A stretch of 59,393 nt of DNA, filler included, from Sphacelaria rigidula (taxonomy: Eukaryota): assembly GCA_964200075.2 (NCBI GenBank). It is 7 parts of 7 records of this genome, joined end to end, with 100 filler letters (N's around TTAATTAATTAA, not from the genome) between each part and the next. Parts side by side here need not be neighbours in the genome. Positions count along the whole stretch, not along the records: positions 25,500 to 33,898 come from CAXNAA020011277.1; positions 33,999 to 42,397 come from CAXNAA020011278.1; 5 more parts are not named here. The stretch is one strand, 5' to 3'. The position numbers were made by a program, and so were the translations under genes. A model generated the notes under the pieces. The model ran no database searches and was not told the DNA's origin. It worked only from the letters and a program-made list of their open reading frames with translations. Below, piece after piece: positions 25,711 to 38,642 of the stretch (position 1 is the first letter of the stretch; every line of letters begins with the position of its first letter).

Positions 25711-27896
25711 TACCATATATCATATACCCTCCTAGTCACATTTTGCTGAAAAAGCTCCATATATATAGGGTATATGATATAAAGTCATAAAAATATCATT
25801 TCATATCATATACCCTCCGAAAAAACATGACTAAGGTATATGAAATATCATTTAGTATAGGGGGTATATATAGGCCAGGGGTATATCTATACCAGGCTCT
25901 AGTTTCCACCAATTCTAGTCTCAGAAGATATTTGCGCACCCCTACCGTAGCAGCACTCGAGAATGCGTTGTTTTCGTCCAACTCGGCGCCGGGAGGCGGC
26001 GCCGATTTGAGGTCTCACAACTTCCACGTTACCTAGAGGAAATGTTGCACTTATCTTGCCCGATCGTTCTCGGTATCGCTTCGTTGGGGTGAAGGTCAGG
26101 GTCAGGGTTAGGGTTGAGGCCGGCCGTTATGGCACACAGAGTTTTGGCCCACGGATTGTTTATTTTTGGGATGTTCAACCCACTTTTTGATCCCCAAACA
26201 GGTAAAATCGCCGACACGTCTTGAACACTTTGAATCACCCGACAGAGAGGAGCCTACAGCCCCATTTTCAGATTCGCTTGGCTTCAAGGTTTCGAGAGCG
26301 GCCGCTGAACAAGAGTATGTGTCGGGTATTTCCCCTTTTTCGAAATTCCCTAATTGAAAAACGAACGCTGATTGGTCGCTGCTATACCACCCCTCCCCAA
26401 AAAAATCCCCGCAACGTGCACAGTAATCCTCATTTCGGGGGGATTCCAGGGAATACAAAAACATTTCCTGATATTCCCTTTTGAAAAGGGGAATTTCGGA
26501 CACCTTGAATGGGAACCTAAACCCATTGACAGGGGCACATGCAAAGGCTTACCGCGCAACCTAACACAATCAGGGCTGAACTTGAGTAACTTGGTACCCC
26601 GGCAAACCAGAAACACACAGCTTGATGTGTATATCTGCTCATCAGCTGTGCACGTTGTGGGTAGTGACCTTGCTCAAATCTGTTCAGAATTCCTTGATAA
26701 ATGATGGTTTGTGTGAGACGCGCGCACAGCACCCGCTTACAAACGGTCAACAACGACACGTTTATGTTTTCTTTTTACAGGCACGCGGCCGCCATTCGTG
26801 CTATACGTAGAACGGATTTCCGTCAGGCGAAGACTACGTCGTCGTCTGTAGGTTAGCACGGGCTAGCGGTGGAACAAATGCGCGTGAGTGGTGGTCGTAT
26901 GTGGAGGCCTCTTTACCAACTGGTCGATAAAAATGGTTGACGCACTATGGAGATGCCGCCAACCCTAACGCTAACCCTGACCCTAACCCCGACCAAGGCA
27001 CACCGAGAACACTCGGGAAAGGGGGTGCAGAGTACTCGCTACTCAAAGTGTGAGTTGCCAGAGCTCAAATCGACGCCTTTCAGCCGATTTTGGAACAAAA
27101 CACGTTTTGGACAAGCTGAGTCTACTGCTCACCACTACTCACCTGTATCTGTTGTTGGTGGTTTCATCCGTCGCCCCGACTAACACTAAAACGAATATGT
27201 TTTAATTTCAACCATTGTTTCCGACCAGTTGGGTAAGTCTGTTGCGTATGTGCGTGTTATTTGGCGGCTGCGTGTGTAGGTTTTGCGCTGCCTTCACAGC
27301 TGAACACTGGACTGCACCTTGTGAACACCACACCGCCCCATGTACCCTGCGGCGAGAGCAAAGTGTCCACCTGTGCGACCTGTATAAGGTCAGGACTTTG
27401 CAAAGGTCTGACACCTCCGACAATCTGCACGGTTGTGGAGATCACCGCCGTGTACACTGCGGCGAGAGCAAAGTGTCCACCTGTAATATATTGTCGCATC
27501 TTGTCTGTTTCATTGAACCATCTTGTACGGCAGTCACAAAAACGGATCTGTGCGCAGATATGGGAACCTCAGATCCGGAAACGCCTTTTGTGGACCCCAA
27601 TTTGGCCAAGATCGGGTAAACTTAGATTCGTATCTCACGATTTGAGAACGATTTTCGCCGAATCTGAGCGCAGATCGGGGGAAAATCGAGGTCCTCCTAA
27701 TCTCTAAGAAATGACGTACATCGACGTACAATTGACCTCAATCCCTGCCGACAATGCGTCATGTCTCGTTGTGACAAAATATGATCGCTCTGGTCGGGAC
27801 TTCCCAAACAGAACAAACCTCTCTCAGTATGCCTGTACAAATGCTGACCTATCTTGAGTTTAGAAGATGATACCAATAATATCCCAAATGTGAAGA

Positions 27897-27931
<35 letters not shown>

Positions 27932-28222
27932 GCAGGCTGATTACAACACCCCATCCCGCACCATCCTAGGCTCATGAAGGTTCTCATCAGTTCAAGCTTT
28001 CGGTGCAAGCGTGAGTAGAAACGAGTGGTCAGAGAGACGTGTACGTGAAGGATGAGAGAGGAAAGTGTCAGAATTGAAGGGGATTTGGGCGGCGGGGAGA
28101 CAAGTTCAACCTACAGATCGCGATGCGGGTATTGTAGTCCACCGGATCAAAAATATTTTTTTGAGGAGAAATTGATGCCGATTCGGCAGGTGACCTACCC
28201 TTGCCGTCAAATCGAAGAAGGG

Positions 28223-28270
<48 letters not shown>

Positions 28271-31200
28271 GTAGCGCTAGGTGGTATGGAAATATTGAGT
28301 GGAAACGTCTCACCTTAATCTTCCAGCAGTAATCTACAGTAGACTCCTCCCAGTAGACCTAGAGTTTGGTCGTGTATCTATTGTTGACAACAGGACTACT
28401 TGGTTTGAGAAGTGAAAAAAAAAACGAGCAATTTAATGGTTCGGGAGAGGTGAACAGTGGAGCCCAGCTCGTCCAGAACGCGTTTTCGTCGAGATCGGCG
28501 CCTGGGGCAACGTGTTTCGGTCCAAAATCGGCTGAAAAGCGTCGATTCGACAACGCAGCCTCTACGTGAGAAACAATCCGCACCCCCTTCACCCGAGGGT
28601 TCTCGGTATGCCTTGGTCGGGGTTAGGGTTAGGGTTAGCGGCAGGGTTAAACATCTCCACAGAACCAACCGTTGTTCATGTACATTTCCTCAGGTCCCCT
28701 TCCTGCGGCGTCGATTTCAGGTCTGCCAACGCACACTTCATCTAGGGGAACCTACGCACCCCTCTTGCCCATGTATGTACTTGCCCATATATATATATGA
28801 CGAAACTCTACGTCGCCTCGGAATCTACCGAAAAGTCTTACCCCTCCCCAGGCCTTTTAACGGCCGTTGGGCTACAAATGTGCATGGTTGATGAAACTTC
28901 ACAAGTATCGCTACCCCTAACCCGAACCTCAACGAAACACATACCGAAAGTCCTCGGGCAAGGGCGGGACAAAGCATTCCCGAGGCAACGTGCGGCGTTG
29001 TAGATCCCAAGTCGACTCCTGTGGCGCCTATTTCAACTGCCTCAATAAGGCCCGATATTATGTTTGCAGATTATTGCCACTGAATCCCTTGATATCCACG
29101 AGTAGGATATCGATGTGTAGGTGTGTAGCTGTGAGAACAGGACAGGCAAAGCAAAGCACAGAGAACAAGAAATTGGTCAATTTCAATCTCTAGTCTCCAT
29201 CTCACGAAGAGACTCCTCTCAGTGTAGGTTAAGACCTACAACCGACAGTGCGTGGATCGATTGCCTGCCAATCATCTCAAGCGTGTGCGATAGGCTCAAC
29301 GGCGGTCTCCGTACTACAATACTGCTGCTACTACTTTTTTGCGGCTAGGTTGTGGTGAGTCGTTTGTGTTTGTGCGTGTGTGAACTGTGTTGTCGATGTG
29401 CGTGCCGTGGCGTGTTCCCTGTATTCCCGGTAGAGACTACGCCGGACGGGCTACAAATAGTCATGGTTGATAGTACGTACTTGATTTTAGCCTTCTATAG
29501 GACGAGAATCGGAATTTCAGTACCCTCCTCCCCTGCGCAGAACACGTTTCCTTAAAATCGGCGCCACACGCGCCGATTTGTGGTCAGCCAAGGCTACACT
29601 TTGTCTAGGGAATGTATGTACAGCCCTTTCCCAAGGGTTCTCGGTATGCGTTGGGTTGGGGTTAGGGTGAGGGGTAGGTAGGGATCATGGAAGATTGTGT
29701 CAACCATGAACATTTGTAGCCCAGTACCGGTAAAACTAGCCTCTGTTTGCCTGCCCTGTTTTTTGCGGGTGGGTTCAAAAATAAATGTGTGCCGCCACCC
29801 TCACCCGCCTTGGCCGAGGGTCTCGTGAGCCTTGAGTTGGGGTCGGGTTAGGGGTACTCGTAGTGTTGGTTTGTAACACAACATGATGTTTCCCATCAAC
29901 CATCGTTTGCGAACATTTCAGTAGATCCCCTCCTTCCTGAAGAGAACGGATATATCTATGCCTATACATGCAGCAGCTGATGACCACATGTTTTGAGTGT
30001 CGAAGGTGACATCCATATGCTGGAGGCCAAGGTGGAAAGTTCTGTCCACCAAGTTGTAAACTTTACTGGAGGGATGTATGTGTTGGAACACCCAGATGTG
30101 TTGCATTTGATGTTAGTGGTGGTGGTGCGGTGGTGGTGGTGGTGGTGGTGGTGGTGGTGGTGGTGGTGGTGGTGGTGGTGGTGGTGGTGTGGCTCAAGAA
30201 GAAGGACGTTGCGAACCCGGAAATCAAAATCTATCCACTTCTGCGCAGCAATGCCAGACCCGAACAAAAACGCGTTCTCCAGACCCTAGAAGTACGCTAG
30301 GGGCTCAGTCCCCCTGAAAGATCCGGATTTTGATAAAATCAGGTCGGTGCTGTCTGTAAACAGTGCTGGGGTTGGCCAGCAGTGACGAACGTCCTGTGTT
30401 GTTGCGCACCCTGGATTGCAGACGCTTTGAACCAGATACAGTCTCGAGTCTAAAATGGGATTTAAAAGTAAAAAATAAGGCAGTATAGTTGTCGGGTATG
30501 GCAAAAGAAGGCTGAACGGTAAAACCTGCCCGCAAATTACTACAGCAAATCAAGGCGAGTTATTTCCATACTTGCCCCTCTCCTCAATTTTCCATACCAT
30601 CTATGACGACCATCGCACAGATGCGTGTGCGTGCGCTGCCCGCACCAGCGAATAGAAAGCGAAACAATACCGCTGAACATGCCCCTCCTAGGGGTACAAT
30701 GGACTGCATCATAACGTCTCTTCATACATTTCGTCGTTAGTGCTCGTTGGAGGGGTGCTCATCCGTTGCTCGAAAAAATGTTGACGAAGCGTTGCCGGGT
30801 CTTGAATTTGAACGAACGCTTTTACTGCAACCGCGAACCGTTGTTGGACCTGTTCCGTTTCCGTGCCGCAGATTCGTTGAAGGTCGTTTTGTGTTTCCGC
30901 CCACATCATTCCACCCAGTTATCACACTCCTCTCTCACCCAAGAACACATTTCCTGGCCACTCCTTTCTACACACGCGTGCGCCAAGAGCTTGAACTGGT
31001 GAACCTTGGTGAGTCTAGCCTGGTGCCGGGTCGAAGTTCGGTATCAGCTCGTGAGCATGTTGTGATCGAGGTCTGTACCCCCATTACTCCACATATTACT
31101 TCATGCAACAGCCTTTTTTTCGGTAGATCGAGTATATTGCATTTATTTACTTGGGAGCGAGAGAACCCGAAGAAGCGAAAATCCCAATCGGTTCGCCGAC

Positions 31201-31622
31201 AGGTCTTTCTTCGTGAACACGTCGCCGTGCCAGTCGAGGAGTGGCTCAAATGAATGCCCTCAGCTGTGTGCGATGAATCCAATGTATACTTTCACGGCAT
31301 CGTTGCGTTGGCCTTATCGATCAGTAAAGATGAAATGATCAAAATTTGAAAAGAAAATGGTCAGACGATGCTCGAAACAGCTTCACTGTCGAAATGCCGG
31401 CCCAGCCCTTTTGATGAACTTCTTATGCTTCAGGGAGTAGCTTGCCACTACGATCTCCAACGTTCCCAGAGCAGGACATGTACAGGTACAGGCAGTGCTG
31501 CAGCTTGACAGTCAGGAACTTGGGCCTGGTCATGAAAATCACACCAAACCTCATCTACGCAGTGTCTGTCGCTGCCCGTAGGAGTAACCACTCGAACCTC
31601 AAACCAGATAGGTGGTTCCCAA

Positions 31623-31990
31623 GCCGGTCGCTCCGGTGGCTCAGTTGGGAAGTTCGAAACTTTCCGACGGTTGAGACATTCGCACGTGGCCATTTGGCTA
31701 CCCCCAAAATTCCCTCAGGTCGGTCAACTTTTCGAGCTTCGAGAGGAATTAGACGCCCCTGGAGGGGTGCGCGACCCTCGAGAGCGAACTTTTTGCTTTT
31801 CTCCAGGGGGATTCAACGCCTCCGGAGGCTTGTTTTTGCCTCTGGAGGGCCGCGCATCTCTTCGAAGATATTTTGCTATCCCCAAATCAGCTTGGTTTGC
31901 CTCTGGGGGGCCGCGCATCCCTCCCGAGGCATTTTGGGTGGTAGCCAAATGACCACCTGTGTGGGTTCAAACCTCGGTAAAGCCACGGAG
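31623..31990 (+). mobile_element. tRNA-derived SINE head split by a palindromic MITE (31683-31959)
   Basis: A-box TGGCTCAGTTGG at ~31637 and B-box GGTTCAAACC at ~31964 are separated by CACGTGGCCATTTGGCTACC ... GGTAGCCAAATGACCACCTG inverted termini. Confidence 0.75.
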
Positions 31991-33497
31991 TTATTTTGAG
32001 TTTCTCCTACATCATGTCCAATCGTGAAGTGTGACGTTAAACGACACTGCAGAAGTCTTTCCGGAAAAGGCGAGCACAGAGATATGGGACTGATGGAGGT
32101 GGTAGATCGCAACAGTCCGAAGCCGATTGATCAAAGGCGTCTCTCAGAAGCACAGTTCAGAGAATTAATGAGTTCCCATTACAGGAATAGAGTAAGTCTT
32201 GGTCAGCCCTCAGAAAACAACCGATGTACACATGAAGACAGCAGCAGATGCGATAAGAATATCGAGGACCGTACTCGAGAGAGTAAGGGATGAACTGAGT
32301 CACCAAACGATTGACCTAACAAGAATAACGAAAATCGGTACGTATGATCAACTCAGACAAGTACAGGCGGAGTGGATACACCGGCCGCGGATGGTGCACC
32401 CACAGGTTCATCCCATACTAATATTATTGACGAGGAGAGTCGGCATGGAGATACACCAGTATTTTGATCGTTTCACCGTTTTTCATTGGAAACCCGTGTT
32501 TCGCGAAGAACAAGAGTGCGGTCAGCGGGAAATGCAAGGTTGCCCTGAAACGGTGTCAATGAGTAGAGCAAGTCATTCAAAGGCGCGTCCATACCCACCT
32601 AGCTATATTTTCAGGCGTAGAACGACGACGGGTCGAAAAGGCAGTTTTGAGCAGGAATTTTAAACGCCTCTGATTAGAGTTGGTCTTGGCACAATAGTTT
32701 TCGATCGAAAATGTGCGGTGGAAAACGAAAATCCTGAAATGATAAGTCATAATCTCGACCATCGTCGAAAATTTTGAAGATGTTGGAAATCACGACCTAT
32801 CAGGTCGGGATTTTTGTTATCCATCGAATAGTTTCGATCGAAAACTAAGACCCACTATTATGGCAGCGAATATCGATTTGTACAAATGAGGATATCAGCC
32901 TGTCTACGGGCGAGTTACTCCCGTTGATTGATTTTTCGGACCCCAGTCCATTGGGCAATGTTTTTCAGCTAGCTGTGAGCAAACTAAATCAATTTTCTGG
33001 ACGTTGACTTTCGATACATCACATGAGGTCTTTCTGCTGAAATCGGAAGAACTGTCATATATCGAAAGCCAACGCCCACAAAATCGAAGAACTGATATGA
33101 TTTTCTCACAGCTAGGCGAAACACATTGCCCAACAGACTGGGGTCCGAAAATCAATCCACGGGAGACAATCGTCTGTAGAGGTGCTGTAGTCCTCATATT
33201 CGTACAATTCGAAATTCGTTGCCCAATGTGCCAAGACAGGGCCTGACATCGAAAAAGGGTCGAACGAAAAAAGCGGTGGGATTGAGTTGGTCGAAGTCTT
33301 CGGTTTCATGCGATGCTCCTGTCATCGATCGAAACGAATACGCGAAGATAAGGGATAACAGCGTGTCTTTGCACATTTGTTTCGACCAAAAAAGTGCGGC
33401 CGAGTTTATTTATTTTCGATCTGATTTCGATCTGATTCACAAATGTTTGTTCCGACAAGGCTCCCACTCATGTTTATAATTATTTACGCGCGGAGGA

Positions 33498-33790
33498 GTG
33501 TGTGTGTGTGTGTGTGTGTTATCCCATTTTTCCTGGATCTCGGTGTACGGTATGTGGGCGCACCAGCCGGGGTCACACAGGAGGAAGGCCAACACGAGGT
33601 TTTTATTCTTCTACTTGTTTACACTTGACACGATCCCTCTCCCTCGTCGACGGTCAAATCGAATTTTGTGTAACCGCGACATGATCGCTCTCCACTGTTG
33701 GGTACTGTGAGGAAAATCCCAGATCGCTCCGAGGCTCGAACCGACGACCCAACCGTCAGGTGTCGAGGTTACCATCTAAGCCACCGGGGC
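33498..33790 (-). mobile_element. tRNA-derived SINE with (CA)n tail
   Basis: The minus strand begins GCCCCGGTGGCTTAGATGGTAACC (A box) ... GGTTCGAGC (B box) and ends in (CA)n. The body ggtcacacaggaggaagg is shared with other copies. Confidence 0.8.
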
Positions 33791-34270
33791 ATTCGGCAAA
33801 GTGGAAAAAAATAAAGGCTTGATAAAAACAGCCAATCATCTATGTTGAGGATGGTGCTTTTGATTGAGGATGAGAACCCGGAGGATCAAAATCTTCGTNN
33901 NNNNNNNNNNNNNNNNNNNNNNNNNNNNNNNNNNNNNNNNNNTTAATTAATTAANNNNNNNNNNNNNNNNNNNNNNNNNNNNNNNNNNNNNNNNNNNNAT
34001 GGGTATGTTGGGGTGGGCTGTTTTTTCCTTGCTGCTTCTTTGTCGTTTTTTTTTTTTTTAACAAGGAGAAGACAAAATACTGTCCTTCGCAAATTGCAGG
34101 TGCTGCGGCCGGGAATGGCCCCGAGTTCGTTTCTGTTCCCTCTGTCTTTACCTCTACCACAGAGGATTGAAATCGCACGAAGTCCTGCAACAGCCGCGAA
34201 GACAACACCACACCATGACTGAAGCAATACAGCCGCGATTCCATTCTCCGTCAACTAGAACAACGCTCAC

Positions 34271-34447
34271 CGCTTGTTGACCCCGACATACGGCCGGTTC
34301 GGCCTTGTAGGAGAAGCCTGGTGACACAGCACACGCTTCATTCGATATGAGGCCGAACCGGTCTTGTTGTAAATAGGTTGTAGACCATTTCGACATAGGT
34401 TCGCCTCGTTCGGCATGGATCACCCCGGCCTTATACAGGGCCTCCAA
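34271..34447 (-). CDS. Candidate internal exon (59 codons, phase 0-0) of an unidentified gene
   Basis: Acceptor cacctacag|, then open frame LEALYKAGVIHAERGEPMSKWSTTYLQQDRFGLISNEACAVSPGFSYKAEPAVCRGQQA, then donor |GTGAG. The other two frames contain stops. Confidence 0.4.
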
Positions 34448-35349
34448 CTGTAGGTGATAGTAAGTGCACAAAAGCCAAGATAATCGCGTATGGACAGATT
34501 ACTCGCTATTTACGTGGGTCATATGAATGGCCCGGGGGCGAAGTGCTGATCGAGCAAAATGTTTCAAACGCACGAGCAGCGGCGGATCCGTGTGCGAGTG
34601 CTTGATGACAGTGCGGTGCAACCTGAGAGAAGAGCAATGACGGACCACTGTACTCTACTGTACTGTATTCAGTATCCAGCTATTTGCTCATTTCGTGAAT
34701 GTACGAAACAAAAAGCGCTGCCTGTGCTCTTCACCTGAGAACACTTCACGATACCGTGCTATACTGTAGATTCTATCTCGATTATGAGGGCAACTGTCTC
34801 TCTTTCCTCCAGCGACCAAAGTAACCACGTATATCCGACAAGGTATAATCTGCTTCGCACTTTACAGTTGCATATGGTAACGATGCGTCCCGATCCACAA
34901 ACCTCAGATCCCGGTACGCTGTGATCCTCCCCTATACATCCTGTAGGAGTACGGTACAGGCTGTATTTATCTGTCCGGTGTCCTAAACCATAGATCACGA
35001 CAACATGACGAGCTCTTCTTGCTTCGGACTGACAGCCGAAAGTCGCACCGAAACGAGGCCCGGTGTTCAGAGGGACAGGATCACTCTCCGACCCACGTGT
35101 GGATTCACCACGAAACGACCCGCGATCGCAGGAAATTGATCGATTGTCACACACTAACCATCTCAACGCGCCTGGGATTCTGTTCCGAGATTTCGTCCCC
35201 TGACAGTCCCGTGGCTTTTTGGAAAATGATCAATTTTGGTGTAGATAGACGCCAAACGGACACGAACTTTTCCCAGAAGTGATGTGTAAGGAGAAAAAGT
35301 TGGATTTTTTTAGAAAGTGAGTGTGAAGCAGCATTTTGCCATGATTGGA

Positions 35350-35575
35350 CGAGGTGGGTGCAAGTTTTTCACTCCATTTGTATCACTGCAACCACGAGCA
35401 TTGTCGAGCTCAGCAGTGTTACGGCGATGGCTACCCCCCCAGCACCGTTACTAATTTTGCATCGGTTAACCGAGGTGGGTGCAATTTTTTCACTTTCCAT
35501 GTATCACTTCAGATGTGAGTACTGTCGAGCTCAGTAGTGTAACGGCGATGGCCACCCCTGCCACACCGTTGCCAA
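35350..35575. repeat. Two-copy ~121 bp tandem duplication
   Basis: gaggtgggtgcaa...tgtatcact...tgtcgagctcag(c/t)agtgt(t/a)acggcgatggc occurs twice. Confidence 0.75.
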
Positions 35576-38534
35576 CCACTACGGTTGCTGTCCAAGCATT
35601 CGACGACGGAGACCCAATGCTATCGCGACGCAGTTGCTGGTAGCAGGGGTTATTGAGAGTGGCGAGCTCACCCCTGCAGTTCCATGCTGGTCGCTTGCGT
35701 GTGTGTCAACTTATGCTCATCCTGCATAGTTGATTGTAGGGGGTGGGGGAACTTTTACAGCAAACCTCACGCACGACATGACAACACCACCCTGTCACTC
35801 CCTCACGCACCGCTTACAGCACCTGTATCCCCCACCATACACGCGATGTCGCTCAGCTCCTATGCAACAACTGCTTGTATCGGCCTCATACTCTTGTTTA
35901 CGACCATTGGTGTGATATTTTCCCTGTTATCTTAGGACGGCAAAGCGCTGTTGATCGTGGCTTATGCACGAAAAACTATGGTGTATCTGCGGCAGGGGCC
36001 GTTTTTTCTATGTGGGCGTTTTTCCTCCACCAATAGCAACTATTCCGAACCTCTCTCCTCCCCCCCCACCACCACCAAAGTCTGTCATTTTAGCGTTCAA
36101 CCTGCGACTCAGACATTTGAGGAGTTCACCGATCCAGTACAAATCTAACCGGGCTCACAATAGAAACGATCCAGAGTAAATTCACGGAAACAGTCGCTAA
36201 TGGAAGCTAGAAGAAGGGGGGGAAATTAATCAGGGAGAAAGAGAGTATTTACACGAAGAACAGGGAGAGAAAAAGAAAAGAAAATGATGAAACAATATAA
36301 ACGCCAGTCTGGAATTGAGGACAGACCGGTGCAGGTAAAAACATCTGACGGTCCCCCACAGCGTGGCTTCAAGTAAGGAGGCCGTACCATGATAAGGCGA
36401 TGGAAGCAGGTTGCGACCCGTTTACCTGTGGACCGCACTGCCTCGATATGCCCCCTTTTTTTGTACTTTGCGTGAGGAAAGTTGCGGTTCATATTTTTTC
36501 AAGGTTACAAGATCAGAGCTTTCTGTTACAGGTCATGGAAAGTCCCATCCTGACAAAAATTGTGATGGAAAGTCTCTATTGCACAACATGATGACGATAA
36601 CACGGAACACACTCACAACACGGATGGTATCACTGACGTGACCACATCAATCGAAGCCGTATTCTGTCATGCTGCTGTACGTATAGCACTGCATCTCACG
36701 CTTCATGTCGGTTTGCCCGTTGTTATGTTATCACATTTTGAATCAGGGTGGCATCTCCACAATAGTGCTGCGCCTGATCTCCGGTCACGTTTTTCACCCC
36801 CCCCCCCCAAGAAACAACGCTCAGTGGAGTCAGTGAATTCAATGACGCATGGACTCACAAACAAGTTGGTACACAACCACGGGACAGGTGCCGGTGGGTG
36901 CGCATCTCGGTGATCTATAGCAAGTAGCTTCGCCTCGGTACGTCCTGTGCGGATAGAGATGAAGATATTGTCAACTCTGCGCGAAGTGTTGATACATCGA
37001 AGTAGCGGTCGGGCCGTTCTGCGGAAGGAAAATAATGAGTGCGGTGGTTTCGCCCTACATGGCTCTTGATACCGAGTCCAGATAAGCTTGCTGGGCCTCG
37101 TGCTAGACATGCGATGACATTTTTGTTTTATGTTTGTTAGACGTGAGGCGAGTATTGCACGTCCTTCGTTTCACTTGTTTTTTGGAACTTGCATTCCGTC
37201 GATCAGCTTTTTTCCCGTGATTTTACAGTTTGTACAACGCTGAACAGTCAGTGTAGGACATGGGCTGTGTACGAAGGCCGAGTCAAATGCACTCTGACGC
37301 TCCGGTAGTTGTTGGATTGCACACATAAGACAACTCAACTCATATAGCTCGTTTTCGTATATCTCAAGAGGTTACCTATTTCCACTAGCTGAGTTGTATA
37401 GCTCATCAATACCATTTTACACTGGCTGACTTACGTGAAATAACACAGCGGTACCATCTTCCACTGGATATGTTATACCACATGACTGAAATCACTCACG
37501 GGTTGTGCGACGTGTATTCGGATTGTCCAATTTCCGCCTCGTTATTTCATGTGCGGCATGGATCTAACCACGCCAAACCGTTCGCGATAGATTAGCAAAT
37601 GTGAGTCACGCACGCATCGAGAGCTGCATACATGGTGTATGAGTAGCTAGCTGCATATAGTAAGGCAGCATGACGTGGTAGGAGTCAAGACTGTCTCTCT
37701 GACCACTTCATGCGAACAGCAAGTCGCGCTGGGGCTTCCAGCTTCCAGACTGACCATGACCCTTAAAAATCTATCATGTTTTATTACAGGAAAGCCAGTA
37801 GTGCAAGAAATTTATGGATTTTACGTCAATACAGGGTCAATCATAAGTAAAGGTCCAGGGACAGCTTGTACTGAAGTCAAGTCGACTGTGATTCTTCAGT
37901 CGCGTTTCGGAACGCTGCATACCCGGGACAACAGAATACACACTCAAGAAGTGTACTGCGTACAGTATCGAGTATTGCGCCGATTGCAATAGACAATGGA
38001 TTCCATACTGTTCGCAGTACATTTTTTTATATTGGAATCTATTGTCGAGGGCGTGGAACGCTGTCGGACGTCGACCGAGGTTTTATTCAGCCGGAGAAGT
38101 TCGTCTAAAATCTCGTCATAAATTTTGTGATTGAACGTTGACCATCACGAGACTGTGGGCATATTCGTGGTGTCTCATGAAGCCATGAAACTCGAGGGCG
38201 GCAGTCAAGTCTGTCCCATGAAGTTGGTTTCCGTGAAGCAGAGCGTAGACACCAACAACCGCGACACGTCATTTTGCTGCAAAATTGTTGAGTGGACTTG
38301 GCCCTTCACTTGAGAGATACATTACAATGGTTCCCACAATCGGTCATACTCGCTGCGTGTTTGCAGCTCACCTTGACGCAACGAGGGTAAAACGTGCCGC
38401 GTCCAGCCCCGAAACCCGTGATAGTTGTCATCATCGAACGAAATACGGAGGTGTTCGAATATCCAGAGGGAAGAAACGAACAGGCCGACGTGGCACAGCA
38501 ACAAGCGCTTGAAAGATTCGGCCTGGGTCGTTAC

Positions 38535-38642
38535 TTTTGTACGGCAAATTCCAGCAGCAAATATAGCCTTTGCCATAGCAACGACATCCTCTGTACACTC
38601 CGACCCCGCTCCTCCCACCCCAAGGAATGCACAGCTGGCCAT
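38535..38642 (-). CDS. Candidate first exon (36 codons) of an unidentified gene
   Basis: A-rich context aaaaATGGCC, encoding MASCAFLGVGGAGSECTEDVVAMAKAIFAAGICRTK, followed by a phase-0 GTAAC donor. No recognisable domain. Confidence 0.3.

Noticed and set aside
28618-28650. True telomere or chromosome end
   Set aside because: Only 2-4 degenerate TTAGGG units are present, embedded in a dispersed repeat in the middle of a contig.
29962-30289. Poly-His and poly-Trp ORFs (also poly-Val/Gly at 39539-39730 and 43016-43573)
   Set aside because: They are translations of (GGT)n, (GTA)n and (GGA)n microsatellites.
33730-33790. tRNA gene candidates (also ~31625, ~41560-41615, ~47470-47524)
   Set aside because: A and B boxes are present, but I could not form a full cloverleaf, and most run into a shared repeat body. 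They are SINE heads.
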